Part shown: positions 46,934-57,777 of the stretch, one piece after another | How positions within the stretch are numbered: the stretch's first letter is position 1 | Layout of the letters: the number at the start of each line of letters is the position of its first letter | Assembly: GCA_965215265.1 (NCBI GenBank) | Contig: OZ244048.1 | Location: 2,976,001-3,040,000 of the forward strand | DNA from: Candidatus Poribacteria bacterium | GTDB lineage: Bacteria; Poribacteria; WGA-4E; WGA-3G | Length of the DNA stretch: 64,000 bases | Reading direction: 5' to 3' | Program-made: the position numbers and the translations under genes | The notes under the pieces: generated by a model | The model's database searches: none | What the model was told of the DNA's origin: nothing | What the model saw: only the letters and a program-made list of their open reading frames with translations

Positions 46934-48651
46934 ATGCCTACACTCGACTTCAAAGGTAAGCAGTTCATCTATTCGCATCACCTCACCGTGCCTTTTCGCA
47001 CGTTGGAGGTGGATGCGGATAAATCATTAATGTCTATTACCCCCCCCCTTCTTCTAATTTGTTAAGTAGTAATCTTATCATTCACGGCGACAACCTGTAC
47101 GCCCTCAAGGCACTCCTGCCGCGTTATGCGGGCAAGATTAAGTGCATCTATATAGATCCGCCATACAACACCGGCAAAGAAAACTGGGTCTATAATGACA
47201 ACGTTAACAACCCACTCATGCAGGCGTGGCTTGAGAAAAATAGCCCCGTTGATGGTGAAGATTTAGAGCGACACGATAAATGGTTGTGTATGATGTGGCC
47301 CCGGCTGCATTTACTGCGTGAATTGCTCTCCGAAGATGGCGCGATTTTTATCTCTATTGATGATAACGAACAACACCGTTTGCGAATGCTGCTGGATGGA
47401 ATTTTTGGCGGAGACAATTTCATTACTAACATTGCGGTAGTTTCAAACTTAGCAGGCAGTAGCGATCAATTTGGATTTGCGGGTGCTCATGAACACTGCT
47501 TGGTATATGCCCAAAATCGTAGTGAGGTGAGTTTAGGGCGTTTTTCCGTTGATGAAAATGCTCTTGAAAAATGGGAACAAGATGAAAAAGGGTATTACAA
47601 ACCGGAACTTTTACAAAGAGGTAGTTTAACCTATTCAGAGTCGATGCATTATCCTATTTTCGTAGGTCCGCAGGATAATATTGAAGTTACAGAAGACGAT
47701 AGCGAGCCTGTAGAGAACGGTCCTTTTATAACTGTATACCCAATTGTGCGTAATGGAAACGCGAATGCAACATGGAGATGGAGCAAGAAAAGAATATTGG
47801 ATAATCCTACTGATGTATTTGCTAAACGTCGTGACGACGGGAGCATCGCAATATATTCAAAGCAACGGCCCCAACTCGGAGACTTGCCTACTCAGAAACC
47901 TAAATCTGTATTCTACAAACCTGAGTACGGTAGTCGTGCTGGCGGACAAACGTTATCAGATATATTTTCTGAATCTACCCAGAAGTTTCCCTACCCAAAA
48001 GCGATTTCTTTGATAACAGACTTGTTACGAATTGGTGCACCGAACTCTGGGGACATTATTCTCGACTCCTTCGCCGGTAGTGGTACCACCGCGCACGCTG
48101 TGCTCGCCCTCAACAAAGAAGATGGTGGCAACCGGAAGTTTATCCTCGTTGAATGCGAAGATTATGCCGACACCATCACGGCTGAACGGGTGAGACGGGT
48201 GATGAACGGCGTTGAGGCAGCTAAAGACGAGACGTTGCGTCAAGGCCTCGGCGGTTCCTTTACTTACTGCACCCTCGGTGAGGCGATTGATACAGAGCGG
48301 ATGCTCACGGGAGATAATTTGCCCTCTTATGAGGCCTTGGCGAATTATGTCGCTTACGTCGCCACCGGCAACTCGCTTCCAACTGTTGTGCATCGGAAGG
48401 ATTTCTTTTTCGGAGAAACTGAGAATCTCCTCTTCTATCTGATTTACGAACCGAGTCTTAAATTTTTAGAGAGCAACCGGTCTGCACTAAACGAGAAACG
48501 TGCAGTGCAGATAGCCAAGCGCTGCGAGACAACGGGTAAAAGGGCGTACGTCTATGCGGCACAGAAGTTTATGAGTCAGAAAGAGTTGACACCGCTGGAT
48601 ATTACGTTTTGTCAGCTGCCGTATAGCATTCATCAACTTCCTGAAGGGTAA
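46934..48651 (+). CDS. mod: Type III Mod, copy C, frameshifted at a C9 tract (47040-47048); TRD ~47371-48051
   Basis: The N-terminus MPTLDFKGKQ... homologous to mods A/B is in a different frame from the DPPY/FAGSGTT body; one extra C restores ...SITPPPSSNLLSSNLIIHGDN. Confidence 0.9.
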
Positions 48652-48654
48652 AAA

Positions 48655-48784
48655 CAGTGAAAGATGCGGCGGATTATCCGTGCGTTGCATGGGAAAAATT
48701 ACGAGAAGAAGCCGTGTTACCGGGCGTTCCGGACAAAAAAGGAGCAGATAAGATTCCAGAGTACATTTTGCACGAAGCCGCCTC
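48655..48784 (+). pseudogene. Remnant of the res 5' region between the mod copies
   Basis: Near-identical to res 50730-50859 (GCGGCGGATTATCCG...GAAGCCGCCTC). Confidence 0.88.
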
Positions 48785-48822
48785 TTAACGGTAATCCACA
48801 ACTACTTGGAAAGAACATACCT

Positions 48823-50579
48823 ATGCCTACACTCGATTTCAAGGGCAAGCAGTTCATCTATTCGCATCACCTCACCGTGCCTTTTCGCACGTTGGAGGTG
48901 GATGCGGATAAATCATTAATGTCTATTACCCCCCCCCTTCTTCTAATTTGTTAAGTAGTAATCTCATCATTCACGGCGACAACCTGCACGCCCTCAAGGC
49001 ACTCCTGCCGCGTTATGCGGGCAGGATTAAGTGCATCTATATAGATCCGCCATACAACACCGGCAAAGAAAACTGGGTCTACAATGACAACGTTAACAAC
49101 CCACTCATGCAGGCGTGGCTTGAGAAAAATAGTCCCGTTGATGGTGAAGACTTAGAACGACACGATAAATGGTTGTGTATGATGTGGCCCCGGCTGCATT
49201 TACTGCGTGAATTGCTCTCCGAAGATGGCGCGATTTTTATCTCTATTGATGATAATGAAGTGCATCGGCTCCGCGCTATCATGGATGAAATTTTTAATGC
49301 AAAAGAGAGCTTCCCTGATGGCAACTTTGTTGGACAATTTGTCTGGGCGGCCGGTAGAAAAAATAACTCCCGGCTTTTTTCCAACTCGCATGGTTACATT
49401 CTATGTTATCTTAAAAACCATGAGTCCCTAAATGAGCAGCGAATTACTTGGCGTGTGCGAAAGCAGGGGCTTGAGGATATTTATAAAAAACATCGACAAC
49501 TCGAACGGGAATATGGCGAAGACTTTCCACGGATTGAAGCAGAATTGGCAGCATGGTTTAAGGGGCTCCCCGATGTACATCCTGCCAAGCGGCATAAAGG
49601 CTACTGCTATGTGGATAGCCACGGCCCTTATAGCTCCTCTGATACTTCTGCACCAGGTGGTAACGGAGAGAGGTATTCGGTGCACCATCCGTTAACAGGT
49701 AAACCGTGTGCGATTCCGTCAGGCGGTTGGCGTTATACTCAACGAGAAATGAATGAATTGCTCGCAGATAACCGAATTCTGTTTGGTTCTGACGAAAGAT
49801 ATGTCCCGAGATGCAAACTTTACCTAAAGGAGACTGAATACGAAGTCCCTTATAGCGTTTTTTACAAAGATGGCCAGGGTGCGACGAAACGATTGCACTC
49901 ACTCCTTGGTCAACCGTTCCCTTTTCCTAAAGATGAAGACATTCTCCAGTTGCTGTTTGAAGCTGCCACGGGTCCTAATGACATCATTCTCGACTCCTTC
50001 GCCGGTAGTGGTACCACCGCGCACGCTGTGCTCGCCCTCAACAAAGAAGATGGTGGCAACCGGAAGTTTATCCTCGTTGAATGCGAAGATTATGCCGACA
50101 CCATCACGGCTGAACGGGTGAGACGGGTGATGAACGGCGTTGAGGCAGCTAAGAACGAGACGTTGCGTCAAGGCCTCGGCGGTTCCTTTAGCTACTGCAC
50201 CCTCGGTGAGGCGATTGATACGGAGCGGATGCTCACGGGGAATAATTTACCTTCTTATGAGGCCTTGGCGAATTATGTCGCTTACGTCGCCACCGGCAAC
50301 TCGCTTCCAACTGTTGTGCATCGGAAGGATTTCTTTTTCGGGGAGACTGAGAATCTCCTCTTCTATCTGATTTACAAACCGAGTCTTAAATTTTTAGAGA
50401 GCAACCAGTCTGCACTAAACGAGAAACGTGCAGCACAGATAGCCAAGCACTGCGAGACAACGGGTAAAAGGGCGTACGTCTACGCAGCACAGAAGTTTAT
50501 GAGTCAGAAAGAGCTGACACCGCTGGATATTACGTTTTGTCAGCTGCCGTATAGCATTCATCAACTTCCTGAAAGGTAA
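48823..50579 (+). CDS. mod: Type III Mod, copy D, frameshifted at a C9 tract (48929-48937); TRD ~49260-49979
   Basis: Flanks near-identical to copy C, unrelated central domain, same frameshift. Confidence 0.9.
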
Positions 50580-50581
50580 AA

Positions 50582-53227
50582 ATGGAACTGAAAGATTACC
50601 AACAAGAGGCGTTGGATACGTTAGAGACATATTTAGCGGCATTGAAGGATGCGCGGAAAGCGGCCGATGAACTCGCTGCTGTTAACATCGCAGAATTTCC
50701 AGAAGTTGTGAGAGAGTCGATGGCAGTGGCAGTGAAAGAGGCGGCGGATTATCCGCGCGTTGCATGGGAAAAATTACGAGAAGAAGCCGTGTTACCGGGC
50801 GTTCCGGACAAAAAAGGAGCAGATAAGATTCCGGAGTACATTGCGCGCGAAGCCGCCTCCGGTGAACCGATTCCGCACGTCTGTCTGAAAGTGCCGACCG
50901 GTGGGGGGAAGACGTTGTTGGGTGTAGAGGCGGTGCGTCGCTTGAAACTCGGCACCGGGTTTGTGCTATGGCTCGTACCGACGAAAGCCATCTACACACA
51001 AACGTGGGCGGCTTTTCGGAATCGTGAGCATCCGTATCGGCAAATTCTGGAGCTTGCGTCAGGAGGCAGGGTCAAACTTCTCCAAAAGGATGATAGATTC
51101 ACTAAGCAAGACGTTGAGGATTATCTGTGTGTGATGCTCCTGATGCTGCCTGCGGCGAACCGGCAGCGGAATAAGGAATTCCTCAAAATGTTCCGCGATA
51201 GCAGCGGCTATGCGTCGTTTTTTCCGATTGAAGACGCTGTTTGGGAACATCAAGGGTTATTGGAGACGCATCCGGACCTTGAGAGAACGGTGGAGGGTGA
51301 GCCGGGGCAGATCGGTGGGGTGCTCGCCGCGAATCCGGTGGACAGGCAGATTAAGCAGAGCCTATTCAATGTGCTGAAGCTGCTGCGTCCGACGGTGGTT
51401 TTAGATGAGGCACATAAAGCTTACGGGAGCAAGCAGGCAAAGAATAACCAGGAATTCGTGGCGGTGGTGAATCGTCTCAATCCGCGCTTTGTGCTGGAGC
51501 TTTCTGCCACTCCGCAGCTCGGCATCAGCAACATTCTCGTCAATATCTCTGGTGTTGCGCTAAAAGACGAAGAGATGATTAAGCTGCCGATTCACCTGCG
51601 TAATTTCGAGAATTCGGATTGGAAGTATACACTCGCCCAGGCGAAGGCAGAGCGGGATAGGCTTGAGGAGAAGGCGGAGCAGCTGCAAGCAGTGGAAAAC
51701 CGCTATATCCGTCCTATCGCCGTGATCCGCGTAGATCGCACCGGCAAAAATCAACGGGACGGCATAAGGGTGCATGCCGAGGATGTGCGTGACGAGCTGA
51801 TCCACGGATTGGGCGTAGATGCCAACTATATTAAGGTGAAATCCTCAGAGCAGGATGAGCTGGCCGGAATTGACTTGCTGAGTCCTTTCTGTCCGGTGCG
51901 TTATATTATTACCAAGGATGCCTTAAAGGAGGGATGGGATTGCCCGTTCGCTGCTCTACTGGTTCTGCTTGATAACACAACCGCGTCGACAGCGATGACG
52001 CAGCTCGTTGGCCGGGTGATGCGGCAACCGCATGCACGGGCGACGCTATTTCCTGAATTGGATAGTTGCTACATCTACTGCTTCAATCAGAAGGTCGGGG
52101 CGGCAGTGAAAAATGTCAAAAAGGGGTTAGAGGCAGAGGGGTTAACAGGACTTGCCGAATTTGTTGATGATCCAGAGGCGGAAGGTGTGCGGCGCAAGGT
52201 GCAACGCAGACCTGAATATCGCAGCTTGGATATTTTTCTGCCGCAGGTACTACATAAACAGGGGAACGGTTGGCGAGCACTTGATTATGAACGCGATATC
52301 CGCAGTGCGATTAACTGGGCGCTTCTCGATGCTGTCAAACCGGTCCGACTCGGGGCTCAAGCGGACAGCCGAGAGATTCGTGCGACTATCCATCTTCAAG
52401 ACGAAGCCGTCATCGAGAAGCCGGCTTCAGAAAATCTTGATATGGAATTAGAGCTCGATTTTTTCGTTCGTCGCCTGGGCGATATGATTCCGAATCCGTG
52501 GCAAGCCGCCCGTATTGTCAAGGCCACTCTGCAGCAATACCAGCAACAGGGCATCGACGAGAAAACGTTGTTCATGAATCGGCTCTATCTCTCTGAAGTC
52601 CTGAAGAATAAACTCCGGGAACGGATTGAAAGTTTAGCCGAGGCTGTTTTCCGAGAGAAGCTCCGCAGTGACAAGGTTCGGTTTAATCTGCAAACGGATG
52701 CCGCGCTAAACTACGAATTAGAAAAGACGATTGAGGTGATTGTCTCTAAAGAAGAAAAACCGCTAACCCGTTCACACGGGACTGCGTTGCAATTAAACCT
52801 GTTCAGCCCAGTCTTTGAGGGTGAGTTCAATAATTTAGAGCAAGATTTTGCGCTCTATTTAGACGAAAAAGGGGCGATTCAGTGGTGGCATCGCATCGCT
52901 GCTAAGCAGGGCTATTTTTTGCAAGGGTGGCGTCGGGAACGTGTGTATCCGGATTTCGTAGCGTGTGTGCAAGGTGAGAAAGATGGAACGCAGCGGCTGC
53001 TGCTGTTAGAGACGAAAGGTTTGCAACTCAAAGGCAACGCGGATACGACGTATAAACAGGAGCTGCTCAAGACGTTGGAGAGTGCCTATCGGACTGCCAC
53101 GGTGCATGGCACTATGGATGTCGTCCATCCTACTCACAAAACGATATCGTTCCGGATGCTGTTTGAGGATTCGTGGTGTGAGAAGTTGAATGAGACGATC
53201 GATGAGAGTTATGCGGCTGCGGAGTAG
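50582..53227 (+). CDS. res: Type III Res subunit
   Basis: 'KVPTGGGKT', 'LDEAH', 'LSATP', 'EGWDCP', 'YPDFV...ETKG'; paralog of 8366-10933. Confidence 0.92.
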   Translation: MELKDYQQEALDTLETYLAALKDARKAADELAAVNIAEFPEVVRESMAVAVKEAADYPRVAWEKLREEAVLPGVPDKKGADKIPEYIAREAASGEPIPHVCLKVPTGGGKTLLGVEAVRRLKLGTGFVLWLVPTKAIYTQTWAAFRNREHPYRQILELASGGRVKLLQKDDRFTKQDVEDYLCVMLLMLPAANRQRNKEFLKMFRDSSGYASFFPIEDAVWEHQGLLETHPDLERTVEGEPGQIGGVLAANPVDRQIKQSLFNVLKLLRPTVVLDEAHKAYGSKQAKNNQEFVAVVNRLNPRFVLELSATPQLGISNILVNISGVALKDEEMIKLPIHLRNFENSDWKYTLAQAKAERDRLEEKAEQLQAVENRYIRPIAVIRVDRTGKNQRDGIRVHAEDVRDELIHGLGVDANYIKVKSSEQDELAGIDLLSPFCPVRYIITKDALKEGWDCPFAALLVLLDNTTASTAMTQLVGRVMRQPHARATLFPELDSCYIYCFNQKVGAAVKNVKKGLEAEGLTGLAEFVDDPEAEGVRRKVQRRPEYRSLDIFLPQVLHKQGNGWRALDYERDIRSAINWALLDAVKPVRLGAQADSREIRATIHLQDEAVIEKPASENLDMELELDFFVRRLGDMIPNPWQAARIVKATLQQYQQQGIDEKTLFMNRLYLSEVLKNKLRERIESLAEAVFREKLRSDKVRFNLQTDAALNYELEKTIEVIVSKEEKPLTRSHGTALQLNLFSPVFEGEFNNLEQDFALYLDEKGAIQWWHRIAAKQGYFLQGWRRERVYPDFVACVQGEKDGTQRLLLLETKGLQLKGNADTTYKQELLKTLESAYRTATVHGTMDVVHPTHKTISFRMLFEDSWCEKLNETIDESYAAAE

Positions 53228-53407
53228 CGGTGCTGCTTGGCAGTCGAAAACAGGATGATGATTAATTTTAATTCCTTAGTCGCCCACATGCCGGGCGGAG
53301 GGGCTACCAAACTCCACTAACCCCGTTTTATCACTAGGCAAACTGCTTTCAGGGCAGAATTTCTATCTTACATTTAGATGTATTGAAATAATCAGGTGTA
53401 ATAGGCT

Positions 53408-54157
53408 TTAACAGATAACTGTGGGCATCTCGTCATAAGTTCGACCGTCTAATTCACGGCCTGTTTTGGATTTACGTGTGCCGCCCCACTGTTTGAAGAA
53501 AAATGGTACTTTTGCGTTCACACACCCATCGCGGATATCGAGTACCCACTCTTTTTTCATCTGCCGTGCCCCCGGTCCCGACTCACCTCCGACGATTACC
53601 CAATCGATACAGTCCAAATTTAAATTCGGCAAGGGACCAATAAGCGGTTCCAATGATAAGAATTTAATCTGTGCTTGACTCTTTCGGAGACAGTCGATTC
53701 GGTGGACGACGTGTTCATCCTCGACGCTCACTCCCATCCAGACGTTGTGCGGCCAGGGCAGTACTGAATTACATTCCAGCAATCGTTCGGCGCGTTTTGT
53801 CAAAACTTGAAATTGATGCCAATTCGCTTTTCTCATCACATCAAAAACGGCTTGAATAAATGAGAGTTCAACCTTCTGGTGAAACAGGTCACTCATGGAA
53901 TTGACGAAAATGCGGCGTGGCTTTTTCCATCTTAGGGGTACATCAAGCAATTCTGGTAAAACGCGGACCTGATTGTTCCACCGGGGTCCAGTTTTCGTGT
54001 TATGTGCCAAACCTTCATAAGCCATTCCTTCTCCGGAAAACCTCGCTGCGATGCGTTCAGCGTAACAGAACCGGCATCCTTCTGACACTCGTGTACAACC
54101 GCGCACTGGGTTCCAAGTTGATTCGGTCCACTCAATTTTTGAGGCTTGAGATGCCAT
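53408..54157 (-). CDS. DUF5131 (phage Gp37/Gp68-like) three-Cys-motif protein
   Basis: 'IEWT..TWNPVRGCTRVSEGCRFCYA', 'FVNSMSDLFH', 'WVIVGGESG', 'FFFKQWGG'. Confidence 0.9.
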   Translation of the reverse strand: MASQASKIEWTESTWNPVRGCTRVSEGCRFCYAERIAARFSGEGMAYEGLAHNTKTGPRWNNQVRVLPELLDVPLRWKKPRRIFVNSMSDLFHQKVELSFIQAVFDVMRKANWHQFQVLTKRAERLLECNSVLPWPHNVWMGVSVEDEHVVHRIDCLRKSQAQIKFLSLEPLIGPLPNLNLDCIDWVIVGGESGPGARQMKKEWVLDIRDGCVNAKVPFFFKQWGGTRKSKTGRELDGRTYDEMPTVIC

Positions 54158-54169
54158 CTGTTTTACCTC

Positions 54170-55093
54170 TTACTTTGAAAATGTTGGTTGTGGCGGGTTT
54201 TGCATTCCGCTTAGAATGTGCTGGGCAATTTTAACCGCTGTTGGTGCCCCTCTCGGGTTTCCGGCGGCAAAGCAGAGCAAATACAGAGGGACATTTTTTG
54301 AATTACGTAAAGAAAGAGGATTATCAGCTACGCCTGCAAAAATTCCTTGTAATTGCTTCATGAAATATTGCTCAACTTCCGCAAAAATATCGTCCGTTTT
54401 TTGCCATCTATCTTTTTCGTCAAACATTGAAATTTGTTTAGCAAGTTGATAAAACGTCTGAAACCAATAGTCATCGCCAAAAACACTATTCAACTTATAC
54501 CGCCGGGCATCTCGAATCTCGCCATCATTTTTCAACAACCGATTTACAGTACCCAGAGGAAAAAGCATCCATAAGTCAATCGCTTGAGTCTTAGCGATTG
54601 ATTTAATTGTTTCCCATTCAACCTGCATGCCGTAAGGATCAAGGAAAACTAAGGCTCGGTGTTTCCTCCAGTTTTTCGTGCATAATTTTCTTAAGAATGT
54701 GTTCGCGTCCTCCTGCTCACACGTAATAGAATCTTCTTGCCATTCTTTATTGCGTAAAGATTCTTCTCTAAGTTCGACTAATTCTGCAAACCGCTTTGGA
54801 TCTTTTTCAATAAAAACGTATTTTTGAAAAGGAGGTTCTACTTCTAACGCGATTTGTGCTGAACCCTCCAACCAACCACGCGTATCCTGGGAAGTCAGTT
54901 CAGGGAACATGAGTTTATTTGGATTATCGTCATGTGGTAACTCACGGTACCCTGTACCCGCAAAAGCATCTATGTATGCGAAACGAAACTTCTGTTTTTT
55001 CATTATGGTTGTATAGGCTTGCAAGTATTTTTTTATACATTCCAATTTCTGATCTGTCCAAGGCCCGCCAAATTGCTGTCTGCTATTATTCAT
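54170..55093 (-). CDS. tcmP: Three-Cys-motif partner protein (methyltransferase-like)
   Basis: 'FGGPWT..KL', 'YIDAFAGTG', 'FLDPYG', 'LYLLCFA'; directly upstream of DUF5131. Confidence 0.85.
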   Translation of the reverse strand: MNNSRQQFGGPWTDQKLECIKKYLQAYTTIMKKQKFRFAYIDAFAGTGYRELPHDDNPNKLMFPELTSQDTRGWLEGSAQIALEVEPPFQKYVFIEKDPKRFAELVELREESLRNKEWQEDSITCEQEDANTFLRKLCTKNWRKHRALVFLDPYGMQVEWETIKSIAKTQAIDLWMLFPLGTVNRLLKNDGEIRDARRYKLNSVFGDDYWFQTFYQLAKQISMFDEKDRWQKTDDIFAEVEQYFMKQLQGIFAGVADNPLSLRNSKNVPLYLLCFAAGNPRGAPTAVKIAQHILSGMQNPPQPTFSK

Positions 55094-55139
55094 GCTTACT
55101 TATCCTTTCTTTAAACAAATTAAGTTATCAATATATTAA

Positions 55140-55168
55140 ATTATACCAATTTTCGTTAAGTATGTCAA
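55140..55168 (-). promoter_or_regulatory. Consensus promoter of tcmP-DUF5131
   Basis: TTGACA-17-TATAAT with TG. Confidence 0.7.
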
Positions 55169-55245
55169 GCAGATTTTTGCCCACCCTTATTTTTTTTGGT
55201 ACAGCGGATTGAAACCTTACCTGTCTATTTATAATATTAAGGAGT

Positions 55246-56268
55246 TTAGCAAGAATTAACGTTTGCGCCCCCGCCAAACGTATGCCAGAATAGTACCGGT
55301 TGCTTTTCACAACTGTGGACTTGCAAGTAGTGTATCAAGCCTGCCAATGTCTTGCCGGTATAAGTATTTTCCAACGTGATGTCTTCCTGCTCTCTCATCA
55401 TCTTTACAGCCCGCGTGCCTTCCTCTGTCGGTATGCCGTATCCTTTTCCAAAGTCGTGATGCCAGATTCCAATGGGAAGGGCATTTGTAGGTTCTACATT
55501 CGCTGTGCCGATGAGACGCAGGATACGACGCACCATCCAAGACACGAGCCACGTATTCGCTATAACCCGATCGGACACGCGTACACCGATTACCTGACTT
55601 CGCAAACCGGCGAGCCGGACACCGGCTACTAAGCCAGCCATTGTCCCACAAGTCCCAACCGGCACGAAGATAAATCGTGGTTCCGGTAGATATCCAGACT
55701 CAATTTGCGATTTGAGTTCTTCGACTGCCGTCACGTAGCCGAGGGAGCCAAGTGCGGAAGAACCGCCTGCAGGGATAAAATAACGTTTTCGTCCAATTCC
55801 AAAAGCGTTTTTGAGTTTTTCGGACGCGTAACGTGCGAACATGGTGCCCATGTACCTAACCTCGTAAATCTGTTCTGCATGTTCTCGAATGGTTGTGTAA
55901 TTCAATTCAGAATATTCAGTAGTTGGCTGTTGAAAAAGCAGACATTCCACGCGGAACCCTGCGGATTTTCCATAAACCACCGTTGCTCGAACGTGGTTTG
56001 AGCCGGTGGGGCCTATTGTAAAGAGGGTAATATGGTTTGGCCCGTTGCCTTGTGCTTGCTGTTGCGCGGCTGCGAATATATACTCCAATTTGCGGACCTT
56101 GTTTCCGCCGCCCAATGGACCGCTTAGGTCATCGCGTTTTATCCAGAGCGATGGCATGCCGAGTACACGGCCAAGGTTAGGTAGATGTTGCACTGGCGTA
56201 GGAAATTTTCCGAGTGAAAGATGTGGAATAGATTGAATCATTTTTTTCTCAATAGCACTGAATTCCAA
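55246..56268 (-). CDS. D-cysteine desulfhydrase / ACC deaminase family PLP enzyme
   Basis: 'PTPV', 'IKRDD..GGNKVRKLEY', 'SNH', 'IPAGGS..G.LGY', 'YTGK', 'FWHT'. Confidence 0.88.
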   Translation of the reverse strand: MEFSAIEKKMIQSIPHLSLGKFPTPVQHLPNLGRVLGMPSLWIKRDDLSGPLGGGNKVRKLEYIFAAAQQQAQGNGPNHITLFTIGPTGSNHVRATVVYGKSAGFRVECLLFQQPTTEYSELNYTTIREHAEQIYEVRYMGTMFARYASEKLKNAFGIGRKRYFIPAGGSSALGSLGYVTAVEELKSQIESGYLPEPRFIFVPVGTCGTMAGLVAGVRLAGLRSQVIGVRVSDRVIANTWLVSWMVRRILRLIGTANVEPTNALPIGIWHHDFGKGYGIPTEEGTRAVKMMREQEDITLENTYTGKTLAGLIHYLQVHSCEKQPVLFWHTFGGGANVNSC

Positions 56269-56285
56269 AACTCGTATAATTTTAT

Positions 56286-57776
56286 TTATGGTGATTTAGA
56301 GAGGATTTGATAAGCAACATGGTTTGCCAGGGCTGCGATGGTCAGTGTAGGAGGTACCCCAATAGAAGTCGGAAAAAGACTGGCATCCGCTACAAAAAGG
56401 TTTTTGACACTGTGTGCTTCCCCCGAAAGGTTGACAACAGAAGTGGCAGGATTCTCACCTATTCGGAGAGTGCCTTGCGGGTGGCTTGATGCTAACATGA
56501 TGTCATTTTGCACAATGCCCCGTTGGCGGATGAGTCGGAGGTCTGTCTCTGTTCTGATAATAACAGGTTGGGTATACGGCATAAGAATCTCTGTTGCTCC
56601 TGCAGTCAAGAGCAAACGCGCTGCATTGATTGCGCCATCAACGAGTACGTTTTTATCCTCCCGGTCCAATCGGTACGTAATACGCGGTGAGCCTTTCCGA
56701 TTGATAGTTACGCGTCCGGTTGTCTTGTCATGCAAGAGAACAAGAAGGGCTGCGATATGGCGGTAACGTTCCATAAATTGGCGATGGATTTGACCAAACC
56801 CCGGTAAACTCGCTGCAACTATCATCGGTGAACCAAAGGCCGGCATCAGAAGATAGCCGCTGTCCGGATGGTGTTCCAAGTCGAGGAACTGATTGATGTA
56901 ATAACTTTGCGGGATGCCGAGGTGTCCATCAATGATTTCATCAAAGATGCCGCCGACAAAAATTGCAGGGTGCAGATGTAAGTTAGCCCCGACCTGTCTG
57001 TTTGCATTAGGGAGTCGACTTTTTAGCCAGAGTTGTGGTGAATTGATTGCGCCAGCAGCTAACACCACGGCTTTGCTTCGGACTGTCAACTGTCCGGTTG
57101 CCAATTGTGCTAAGACGCCAACGGCCTTTGCTTTTTCAACCATAATGGCTTCTGCAATGCAATTGCTATAGAGACGTGCGCCTGCTGCAAGTGCCAATGG
57201 GATATACGTGACTGCCATGCTCTGCTTTCCTGATAGTGAATCGGAGTGAGGACAGCCAAAAAGACATCTCGCGGAACATGCTGGACACGGTAGGCGGTTG
57301 TGCTGCTGTAGGATGCCGCGCCATCCCATGGCTTTACAACCGCGGCGAATTACACTGTTTAATCGGTTCACTTCCGATTCCTGAATCTGTGTAACACTGA
57401 GATTCTGCTTAACACGTGCTACATCCGACGAGAGTTCCGGCATCCCCCATCTCTGTAACAAAGATTCCGGTGGGCTAACTGCATAACAGAGATTATGTAC
57501 CGTTGAGCCTCCAACGCCTCTACCTTGTGAGATAATGATAGCTCCGTCTTGCGTTCGCCGCAGCCCACTATCCCAAAAGAGCCTATGCAGCATGTCGGGT
57601 TCATATCGACTGAAGGAGCTCGGTTCATGAGGTTCACCAGCTTCTAAGAGGATGACAGAGGCCCCGGCTTCGGCGAGCTCTTTTGCGACAACTGCACCGC
57701 CCGCACCTGAGCCAATAATACACACATCAGCGGCTGCGGTGTAGGAAGTCCTATTTTTGTTTACCTTGTATCTCAT
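56286..57776 (-). CDS. GMC family oxidoreductase
   Basis: 'IIGSGAGG', 'GVGGST.HN', 'LAAGAI.SP', 'SHPQGT', 'DASLFP..GVPP.LTI'. Confidence 0.9.
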   Translation of the reverse strand: MRYKVNKNRTSYTAAADVCIIGSGAGGAVVAKELAEAGASVILLEAGEPHEPSSFSRYEPDMLHRLFWDSGLRRTQDGAIIISQGRGVGGSTVHNLCYAVSPPESLLQRWGMPELSSDVARVKQNLSVTQIQESEVNRLNSVIRRGCKAMGWRGILQQHNRLPCPACSARCLFGCPHSDSLSGKQSMAVTYIPLALAAGARLYSNCIAEAIMVEKAKAVGVLAQLATGQLTVRSKAVVLAAGAINSPQLWLKSRLPNANRQVGANLHLHPAIFVGGIFDEIIDGHLGIPQSYYINQFLDLEHHPDSGYLLMPAFGSPMIVAASLPGFGQIHRQFMERYRHIAALLVLLHDKTTGRVTINRKGSPRITYRLDREDKNVLVDGAINAARLLLTAGATEILMPYTQPVIIRTETDLRLIRQRGIVQNDIMLASSHPQGTLRIGENPATSVVNLSGEAHSVKNLFVADASLFPTSIGVPPTLTIAALANHVAYQILSKSP

Positions 57777-57777
57777 C

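Noticed and set aside
47059-47065. TTG starts at 47059 and 48948 as the true mod starts
   Set aside because: No SD, and they omit the conserved MPTL.FKGKQ N-terminus seen in mods A and B.
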